Below are positions 25,436 through 32,000 of a stretch of 32,000 bases of DNA, piece after piece; positions within the stretch are counted from its first letter, which is position 1; every line of letters begins with the position of its first letter. The notes below the pieces were generated by a model. It saw only the letters and a program-made list of their open reading frames with translations, had not been told where the DNA came from and made no database searches. Made by a program: the position numbers and the translations under genes. Source of the DNA: Caldimicrobium thiodismutans (GTDB lineage: Bacteria; Desulfobacterota; Thermodesulfobacteria; Thermodesulfobacteriales; Thermodesulfobacteriaceae); NCBI RefSeq assembly GCF_001548275.1, contig NZ_AP014945.1, forward strand, positions 90,001 to 122,000, given 5' to 3'.

Positions 25436-25702
25436 TTAATTTTCTAAAGGAATTTATTTTACCTCCCCCTCCTTTTTATTGTCAATTTTTTCCCCGAAAA
25501 GGATTCCCTTTTTTCTTTAAATATGCTTTCTCAAGCATTTTCTGATATCTCCTTATCTTTCTGCAAAGCTCCTTTACCTTTCCCCCCACTCTTTCCTTGG
25601 AAATAAGCTTTGCGAAAGAACTAAGCTCGTAATTTCAAGAGGGGGCGAAATAGATAGTTTTTTCGTGAAGGTTCAAGAGAGGGACTAAATTGGATTTAGA
25701 AG
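25436..25702 (-). repeat. Repeat family R2, copy b (inverted relative to copy a)
   Basis: See 18280-18537. The palindrome CTAAATTGGATTTAG lies at 25685-25699. Confidence 0.9.
25456..25485 (-). promoter_or_regulatory. Sigma70-like promoter inside R2b facing rsmE
   Basis: On the minus strand: TTGACA (25485-25480), 18-nt spacer, TAAAAT (25461-25456). Same geometry as in R2a. Confidence 0.5.
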
Positions 25703-25707
25703 ATCCC

Positions 25708-25736
25708 TTGACAAAGTATTTATATAAAAGTAATCT
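25708..25736 (+). promoter_or_regulatory. Promoter of mtaD with leaderless geometry
   Basis: TTGACA (25708-25713), 17-nt spacer, TAATCT (25731-25736), then 6 nt to ATG 25743. No SD. Confidence 0.45.
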
Positions 25737-25742
25737 AAAAAT

Positions 25743-27077
25743 ATGAAGGAAAAGATCCTTACAGCAGATTGGATACTCTCTTCTCCAGAGTTACCTCCTT
25801 TAAAAAATGGAGCTATAGTAATAAAGGGATCAAAGATAGAAGATCTTGGGCCTCAGAAAGAGATTTTATCCCGGTATCCTCATTATCAGATCTTGAATTT
25901 CAAAAATAAACTCCTTTTCCCAGGGCTTGTGAATGCTCATACCCATGTTCCTATGAGTATTTTAAGGGGTATAGCAGAAGATCTACCCCTTATGACCTGG
26001 CTCACTAAATATATTTTTCCTGTTGAGAGTCATCTTAAGAGGGAGTGGGTTTACTGGGGTACTAAGCTTTCTCTAATTGAGATGATTCGTTCAGGTATAA
26101 CCCTTTTTTGTGATATGTATCTCTTTGAGCCTGAAGTTATAAGGGCAACTGAAGAGGCAGGTTTAAAAGCCCTTTTGGGGGAAGGCCTTTTTGATTTTCC
26201 TTCTCCTGGCTATGGTCCATTAGAAAGAGGATTAGCCCTAACTGAAGAGCTTCTTAAGGCCTTTGAAAGGCATTCAAAAATAAAAATAGCTGTCTCTCCC
26301 CATACCCTTTATACTTGCTCTCCTGATACCATAAAGAAGTGCCTTAAACTTTCTCATAAATATGGCGCTCCCCTTCATATTCACCTTGCAGAAAATAAGG
26401 AGGAACTTGAAGAAATAGGGAAAAAATATAAAAAGAGACCTGTTGAGCTTCTGGATAGTCTGGGTGGGCTTCAAGAAAATCTTCTTGCAGTGCATTGCGT
26501 TAAGCTTTCTCCAGAAGAGGTTGAGCTTCTTGGGAAAAAGGGGGTCAAGATAGCCCATTGTCCAGAAAGTAACCTCAAATTGGGTTCAGGCATTGCGCCT
26601 CTTCCGGAGATGTTATCCGTTGGTTTAGTAGTTGGCTTAGGAACAGATGGCCCAGCCAGTAATAATGACCTTGACCTCTTTTCAGAAATGAAAACAGCTA
26701 CCCTTATTCACAAGGGTCTAAGAGAAGATCCCACTATTGTAACTGCCAAGGAAGTCTTTTTTATGGCAACGGAATGGGGAGCAAGGGCCCTTTTCTTTAA
26801 TGATACAGGAAAACTCCTGCCTGGCTATAGAGCAGACATTGCCTTTCTGGACTTGCAACATCTTCCTCTTCAGCCCGATTATAATCCTCTTGCCCTTCTT
26901 GTTTATAGTGCTAAGGCTGGTTATGTCTCAGATCTAATGGTTGATGGAGAATTTATAATGCGTAATTATCATCTCCTAAGTATTAAGGAAGAGCTGGTTC
27001 GTGAAAGGATTCACGAAATAAAAGAGGAGATTCTCCACATTTTAAGGAAAAATTTCTCCCCTTCTCTTGACAAATAG
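25743..27077 (+). CDS. mtaD: 5-methylthioadenosine/S-adenosylhomocysteine deaminase (amidohydrolase family)
   Basis: PGLVNAHTHVPM metal-binding motif, HLAEN, VHC and GTDG.ASNN motifs. 444 aa. Confidence 0.8.
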   Translation: MKEKILTADWILSSPELPPLKNGAIVIKGSKIEDLGPQKEILSRYPHYQILNFKNKLLFPGLVNAHTHVPMSILRGIAEDLPLMTWLTKYIFPVESHLKREWVYWGTKLSLIEMIRSGITLFCDMYLFEPEVIRATEEAGLKALLGEGLFDFPSPGYGPLERGLALTEELLKAFERHSKIKIAVSPHTLYTCSPDTIKKCLKLSHKYGAPLHIHLAENKEELEEIGKKYKKRPVELLDSLGGLQENLLAVHCVKLSPEEVELLGKKGVKIAHCPESNLKLGSGIAPLPEMLSVGLVVGLGTDGPASNNDLDLFSEMKTATLIHKGLREDPTIVTAKEVFFMATEWGARALFFNDTGKLLPGYRADIAFLDLQHLPLQPDYNPLALLVYSAKAGYVSDLMVDGEFIMRNYHLLSIKEELVRERIHEIKEEILHILRKNFSPSLDK

Positions 27078-27139
27078 ATTTTTTTTGTTTTTTTAGAGTA
27101 AAATCAACGATGTGAAAAAATCCATTCAGGAGGTGACCT

Positions 27140-29122
27140 ATGGCAGAAATTGAGGCCTTGCTTAAGGAGGAGCGTATTTTTTATCCTCCCCAGGAGGGAA
27201 AAGATCAGGCCTACATTAACAGTCGGTATCAGTATGATCAGATTTATGACTATTCCCTCAGGGATCCTGATGGGTTCTGGTCAGAGAGGGCAAAAGAGCT
27301 TATAACCTGGTTCAAGTATTGGGATAGAACCTGTTACTGGGATTTTCACAAGCCTGAGATCAGATTTTTTGAAGGGGGTAAACTAAATGCCTCCTATAAT
27401 TGTTTAGACAGACATCTTTTTAATCCCGATGTCAAAAACAAGGCAGCTATTATCTGGCAAGGGGAGCCTGATCAGGATGTGAGGGTTTATACCTATCAGA
27501 TGTTACACGATGAGGTCTGCAGATTTGCTAATATCTTAAAGTTCCTTGGGGTGAAGAAAGGGGATAGGGTTGCCATTTACATGCCCATGATGCCAGAGGC
27601 AGTAGCAGCCATGCTTGCCTGTGCAAGAATTGGTGCAATTCACAGTGTAGTTTTTGGAGGATTTTCTGCTGAGGCCTTAAAATCAAGAATCCTTGATGCC
27701 GGTGCCAAACTCCTCATTACCGCTGATGGAACTTACCGTGGAGGAAGGAGAATTAATCTTTTACATAATGCTGAGACTGCCATTGCAGATTGTGAATGTG
27801 TGGAAAAATATCTTGTTATCAATCGTTTTGGAGATGCCTTAACCCTCTCAGATGAGAGAGGCATTCTTTTTGATGATCTTATCAAGAATAAGGATTTTGC
27901 CAAATATTGCCCTTATGAAGAAATGGATGCCGAGGATATCCTTTTTATTCTCTATACTTCAGGATCAACAGGAAAGCCTAAGGGGATCTTCCATACAACC
28001 GGAGGATACCTTGTTTATACTGCTCATACTACTCAGTGGGTCTTTGATGTGAGACCTGAAGATATTTTCTGGTGCACTGCTGACATTGGCTGGATTACAG
28101 GCCACAGTTATATTGTCTATGGCCCTCTTGCTCTCGGGGCTACAGTCTTTATGTATGAAGGTGTTCCCACTTATCCTGATCCTGGCAGGTGGTGGGAGCT
28201 TGTAGATCGTTATAAGGTAACCATTTTTTATACAGCCCCTACTGTTATTCGTGCCCTTATGAGGGAGGGAGAGGAGTGGCCTGCTAAATATGACCTTTCA
28301 ACTTTGAGGGTGCTTGGAACTGTGGGAGAACCTATTAATCCTGAGGCCTGGATTTGGTATCATAAAAATGTTGGGAAGGGAAGGATCCCCATTGTTGATA
28401 CCTGGTGGCAGACTGAAACTGGAGGTCATCTGATCTCACCTCTTCCCTATGCTATTCCCCAAAAACCCGGTTCTGCAACTTTGCCTTTGCCAGGGATTGA
28501 GGCTGTTATTCTCAGAGCAGATGGAACCCCGGCTGATGTGAATGAAGGGGGTCACCTTTGTATTAAGAGAGCCTGGCCTGGTATGGCAAGAGGAGTATGG
28601 GGAGACCCTGAAAGATTTAAAGAGATTTACTTTAGCAGATTCCCGGGATATTATCTTACTGGAGATGGCGCTCGTGTGGATGAAGATGGTTATTTCTGGA
28701 TTATGGGGAGATTAGATGATGTTATTAATGTCTCCGGACATCGCATTGGCACTATGGAGCTTGAGTCTGCCTTTGTGGCTCATGCAGCTGTGGCTGAGGC
28801 TGCGGTTGTGGGTATGCCTCATGATATAAAAGGCGAGGCTATTTATGCCTACATTGTGCTAAAAGAGGGATTTGAACCTTCTGAAGACTTAAAGAAAAAA
28901 CTTGTCCAGCACATTCGTAAAGAGATCGGGCCTGTTGCAACCCCAGATGTTATTCAATTTGTAAGTGGTCTTCCAAAGACCCGTTCTGGAAAGATTATGA
29001 GAAGAATATTAAGAAAAGTTGCAGCTGGCGTTTACGATGATCTTGGAGATACTTCAACCTTAGCGGATCCCTCTGTGGTTGAGGAGATCATTCAGGGAAG
29101 AAAGGAAATTTTTGGAAAGTAA
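27140..29122 (+). CDS. acs: Acetyl-CoA synthetase (AMP-forming)
   Basis: YTSGSTGKPKG, WWQTETGG, YLTGDGARVDEDGYFWIMGRLDDVINVSGHRIGT and PKTRSGKIMRRILRK motifs. 660 aa. Confidence 0.95.
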   Translation: MAEIEALLKEERIFYPPQEGKDQAYINSRYQYDQIYDYSLRDPDGFWSERAKELITWFKYWDRTCYWDFHKPEIRFFEGGKLNASYNCLDRHLFNPDVKNKAAIIWQGEPDQDVRVYTYQMLHDEVCRFANILKFLGVKKGDRVAIYMPMMPEAVAAMLACARIGAIHSVVFGGFSAEALKSRILDAGAKLLITADGTYRGGRRINLLHNAETAIADCECVEKYLVINRFGDALTLSDERGILFDDLIKNKDFAKYCPYEEMDAEDILFILYTSGSTGKPKGIFHTTGGYLVYTAHTTQWVFDVRPEDIFWCTADIGWITGHSYIVYGPLALGATVFMYEGVPTYPDPGRWWELVDRYKVTIFYTAPTVIRALMREGEEWPAKYDLSTLRVLGTVGEPINPEAWIWYHKNVGKGRIPIVDTWWQTETGGHLISPLPYAIPQKPGSATLPLPGIEAVILRADGTPADVNEGGHLCIKRAWPGMARGVWGDPERFKEIYFSRFPGYYLTGDGARVDEDGYFWIMGRLDDVINVSGHRIGTMELESAFVAHAAVAEAAVVGMPHDIKGEAIYAYIVLKEGFEPSEDLKKKLVQHIRKEIGPVATPDVIQFVSGLPKTRSGKIMRRILRKVAAGVYDDLGDTSTLADPSVVEEIIQGRKEIFGK

Positions 29123-29135
29123 TTAGAGATTTTAA

Positions 29136-29157
29136 GGCCCCTCACAGGGGCCCTTTT
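29136..29157 (+). terminator. Intrinsic terminator after acs
   Basis: GGCCCCT-CAC-AGGGGCC is a 7-bp GC-rich stem, followed by CTTTTACCTTTT. Confidence 0.65.
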
Positions 29158-29164
29158 ACCTTTT

Positions 29165-30325
29165 ATGAAGGATTTTGAAATTTTTTATCCCTTAAGAATT
29201 GTTTTTGGTAAAGAAGCCCTCAAAAAATTTTCACAGGATCTTCCCCTATATGGAAAAAGAGTGTTATTCCTTTATGGCAGAGGCTCCATTAAAAGTTCAG
29301 GTCTTTATGAAAAAATTCTTAATCTTTTTAAGAAGTATAAAATTAAAGTAAAAGAATATGGCGGGATTAAACCCAATCCTCCGCTAAGTCAGGTTTTTGA
29401 GGCAATATCCTTAGCTAAGAAGTTTAGGCCTAAGTTTATCCTTGCTGTAGGGGGAGGAAGTGTAATTGATGCAGGAAAGGCTATTGCCTGTGGTTATTAT
29501 GCACAGGACAGGCTCTGGGACTTTTTTGAGAAGAAAGCTATACCAATTCAGGCCCTACCATTAGTTGCTATACCAACTATTGCAGGAACAGGTTCCGAGG
29601 TCAATAATGTAACAGTTATTGTTAACGAAGAGAAGAGGATAAAACTTAGCCTGAGATCTCTTTTACTTTTTCCCAGGTCAAGCTATCTTGATCCTACTTT
29701 GACTTTTAGTGTTTCAAAGCCCTATACTGCTTATGGGGTGATGGATGCCCTTTCCCATCTCTTTGAATATTTTCACTTTAGATTACATCCAGAAAAGGGT
29801 TTGCCTGAGGATTTTTTAATTCTCCTTATGAAAACCCTTCTTAGGGAGGGAAAAAGGGCCTTTGATGAACCTAACAATTATTCAGCCAGAAGCCAGATTA
29901 TGTGGGCATCAGCGCTTGCCCTCTCTCCTTTTGTAAGAGCTGGTCTTGGAGGATATAGATTTTTTCTTCATTCCTTAGAGCATCCTTTGAGCGGAGCCTA
30001 TGATCTTCCTCATGGTCTTGGCTTAAGTATCCTCATGCGTGCCTTTCTTAAAAGATTTGGTCATCACAAAGTGGTTAGAAGATTTTTTCTTGAGGTCCTT
30101 GAAGTCCCAGAAGGTAAAGATCTTGCCAGAAGGGGGCTTAAGACCTTTGATAGTTTATTAACTTATTTTGAATTACCAAGATCTCTCAAGGCCTGTGGTC
30201 TTTCTCGGGAGGATTTAAATTTTCTCATTGAGAAGGCCTGGGAGATACTCTTTATCTGGAAGGCAGAAAGGGAATTTAATAAAGATATTGTTAAGGAAAT
30301 CTATGAAATAGCTTATGAGGGTTGA
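29165..30325 (+). CDS. Iron-containing (group III) alcohol dehydrogenase
   Basis: GGGSVIDAGKAIA NAD-binding motif and the metal ligands context LSHLFE / HSLEHPLSG..DLPHG. 386 aa. Confidence 0.85.
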   Translation: MKDFEIFYPLRIVFGKEALKKFSQDLPLYGKRVLFLYGRGSIKSSGLYEKILNLFKKYKIKVKEYGGIKPNPPLSQVFEAISLAKKFRPKFILAVGGGSVIDAGKAIACGYYAQDRLWDFFEKKAIPIQALPLVAIPTIAGTGSEVNNVTVIVNEEKRIKLSLRSLLLFPRSSYLDPTLTFSVSKPYTAYGVMDALSHLFEYFHFRLHPEKGLPEDFLILLMKTLLREGKRAFDEPNNYSARSQIMWASALALSPFVRAGLGGYRFFLHSLEHPLSGAYDLPHGLGLSILMRAFLKRFGHHKVVRRFFLEVLEVPEGKDLARRGLKTFDSLLTYFELPRSLKACGLSREDLNFLIEKAWEILFIWKAEREFNKDIVKEIYEIAYEG

Positions 30326-30327
30326 AT

Positions 30328-30987
30328 TTAAACTGCCTTCCATTCGGTAATTAAGAAGTTATCAATAATAAAGTGATTTTTGATCTGGAAGTGTCTAATT
30401 CTCTTAAGACTTTTAAAGCCTTCACCTCCCACAAGGGTAGGCACATTTTCTCCCCCCACAACCACAGGTAAATGGATAATTCTCAATTCATCTACAAAAC
30501 CAAGACGCATAAATTCCCAGTTTATAGATGCCCCTCCTTCAACCATAAGTTTTTTAATTCCCCTTTGATAGAGCACAGGTAGAAGCCTTTCAAATTCAAC
30601 AAGCTCTTCACCAGCATAAAGGACCTCAGCCCCAAGTTCTTTTATTTTTTCAATTCGCTCTTTGGGAGCTCTTTCAGTGGTAACAATGATGGTTTGGGCA
30701 TCCTTTGAAAAGATACTGGCATTGTAGGGGACATTGGCTGTTGAACAGGGGATAATTCTTATAGGATTTTTTCCTTCCACATGACGAACGGTTAAACTTG
30801 GATCGTCAGTTCTAACAGTTTCACAGCCAACCATGATTCCATCTACTTCAGCTCTAATGCTGTGAAGGTATTTATAAACCTCTCTGGTCATGAGGCTCAT
30901 AAGTTCCTTGGAGGAGGCACCTCTATAAAGGGTTAATTTCCCATCTAAGGTAACCTCTGAAACAATAATAACATAAGGTCTATTCAT
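30328..30987 (-). CDS. RibD C-terminal-domain reductase (2,5-diamino-6-ribosylamino-4(3H)-pyrimidinone 5'-phosphate reductase-like)
   Basis: SEVTLDGKLTL, DDPSLTVR and LMVEGGASINWEF motifs. 219 aa. Confidence 0.75.
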   Translation of the reverse strand: MNRPYVIIVSEVTLDGKLTLYRGASSKELMSLMTREVYKYLHSIRAEVDGIMVGCETVRTDDPSLTVRHVEGKNPIRIIPCSTANVPYNASIFSKDAQTIIVTTERAPKERIEKIKELGAEVLYAGEELVEFERLLPVLYQRGIKKLMVEGGASINWEFMRLGFVDELRIIHLPVVVGGENVPTLVGGEGFKSLKRIRHFQIKNHFIIDNFLITEWKAV

Positions 30988-31606
30988 CTTCCACCTTCCC
31001 GAAGTTTTTATAGAGATAAAAAATTCTTTGCAACAGAGAAAGGGCTGTAAGAATAGTTATGAGTTTAAGCCCGAAGGCAAGCCCAGTGTTAAAATGAGCC
31101 TTTTCTAAGATCGTAAAAATGGCGAGGGCAAGATGAGTTTCTGGGCGGCCAAAAAAACCAACCCCCTCTAAGGGGTCAAGGATTTTTCCTTTGATTTTTA
31201 CCTCAAAACCGATTTCAGAATAAACAACAGGTTTTATAAAGGAATGAAGTAAAGAGAGGGTTATGGCAAAGGTAGCCCAGGTAGGACCTGCGTAAATATA
31301 TCCGATTGTTCCAAGAATTAGGCCATCTACCCACTTATCCGCAATCCAGTCAAAGACCGCTCCAAACTTAGTAGGTCTTTCCATAAAACGGGCTACCGCT
31401 CCATCTATGAGGTCAAAAAGTCCAGACAAAAGTAGGAGTAAAAGGGCGGTAAGAAGATTATCATAATAATAAGCTAAGGCAGAGGCTGTGCCAGTTAAGA
31501 TGGAAAGTAAGGTGATGAAATTGGGGGGAGTTTTAAGCTTGTAAAAGACATAGGCCAGGGGAAGGTAGAAGCGTTTTAGAGACTCCCTCTTTTCTGTAAG
31601 ATTCAT
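30980..31606 (-). CDS. CDP-alcohol phosphatidyltransferase family protein
   Basis: DLIDGAVAR(x8)GAVFDWIADK matches D(x2)DG(x2)AR...G(x3)D(x3)D. Multi-TM. 8-nt overlap with the downstream reductase gene. Confidence 0.85.
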   Translation of the reverse strand: MNLTEKRESLKRFYLPLAYVFYKLKTPPNFITLLSILTGTASALAYYYDNLLTALLLLLLSGLFDLIDGAVARFMERPTKFGAVFDWIADKWVDGLILGTIGYIYAGPTWATFAITLSLLHSFIKPVVYSEIGFEVKIKGKILDPLEGVGFFGRPETHLALAIFTILEKAHFNTGLAFGLKLITILTALSLLQRIFYLYKNFGKVEDE

Positions 31607-31615
31607 AATAATTTA

Positions 31616-31643
31616 ATTTTAAAGAACTAAGGGGTTTTGTCAA
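31616..31643 (-). promoter_or_regulatory. Sigma70-like promoter of the phosphatidyltransferase gene; its -35 lies at the edge of the R1 repeat
   Basis: On the minus strand: TTGACA (31643-31638), 16-nt spacer, TAAAAT (31621-31616), then 9 nt to ATG 31606. Confidence 0.45.
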
Positions 31644-31801
31644 GGCAGTTGTATAAGTCCATATCTTTTGAGACTCTATAGGATTTTTTCTTAGGGCGTA
31701 ACACAAATTAAATCTCTCCACACAATCCCCCTTCGGAAAGAAAGGATAAATAATCTTTAAAATCTTTCTTTTAAGTAGGGGTTTAAAATTTTAAACCCCT
31801 A
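31635..31801 (+). repeat. Repeat family R1, module A only
   Basis: Colinear with 485-650. Ends in the perfect palindrome AGGGGTTTAAAATTTTAAACCCCT (31777-31800). No module B follows. Confidence 0.85.
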
Positions 31802-31978
31802 CCCTGGATACCTCAAAAGCAGAAACAGTTGCCTCTGTTCCATACTTTTTACCACCCCTCCTCAAACACCTTAGGTCTGCCCCTACATTAATGATGAAAA
31901 CTGTCTATTTTTAAAAAGGGATTGCACAAGGAAAGAGCTAACATTGATTTTTCATAAAAGAAGCCTTAAAATAAAGCT

Positions 31979-32000
31979 ATGGAGAAAAAGCTTCCCATCG
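31979..32000 (+). CDS. Possible 5' end of a leaderless CDS running off the window (MEKKLPI...)
   Basis: TTGATT (31944-31949), 17-nt spacer, TAAAAT (31967-31972), then 6 nt to the ATG. Only 22 nt are visible, so no product can be assigned. Confidence 0.25.

Noticed and set aside
31533-31721. 62-aa ORF (-) overlapping the start of the CDP-alcohol transferase gene and the R1 repeat
   Set aside because: It is in a different frame from the supported CDS and runs through repeat sequence, with no SD.

Overview
AT-rich bacterial chromosomal window with thermophile-like proteins, mostly housekeeping and transport genes. I saw no rRNA, tRNA or CRISPR array. Gene order: cobT 5' part (-); a sulfite-dehydrogenase-like cluster (-) with two c-type cytochromes and a Tat-exported molybdoenzyme; an IS110-family insertion sequence (+); an iron-uptake locus (+) with DUF2325, a small ORF, an atypical FeoA, a secreted CXXCH protein, FeoA, FeoB and a porin; nadE and a class-I amidotransferase (+); an RND efflux operon (-); a three-ORF archaeal-type glutamate synthase (+); a YkgJ-type Cys-cluster protein (+); LysR and rsmE (-); mtaD, acs and an Fe-ADH (+); a RibD-C-type reductase and a CDP-alcohol phosphatidyltransferase (-). 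The most interesting signals are non-coding. (1) The IS110 element (2872-4317) can be delimited to the nucleotide against two unoccupied paralogous sites, has a CT core at both junctions, and has a 215-nt left end that folds like a bridge/guide RNA whose loop segments match the insertion site. (2) A modular, hairpin-bearing repeat family (R1, four copies or fragments) is the IS target and always lies just upstream of genes. (3) A second ~255-bp repeat family (R2) carries a promoter and occurs as an inverted pair. (4) A (CACCTYT)x10 heptamer array lies in the glutamate synthase leader, and an (AATTTC)x4.7 array lies at the promoter of the iron locus. All calls come from reading the sequence and the ORF track; no database search was run.
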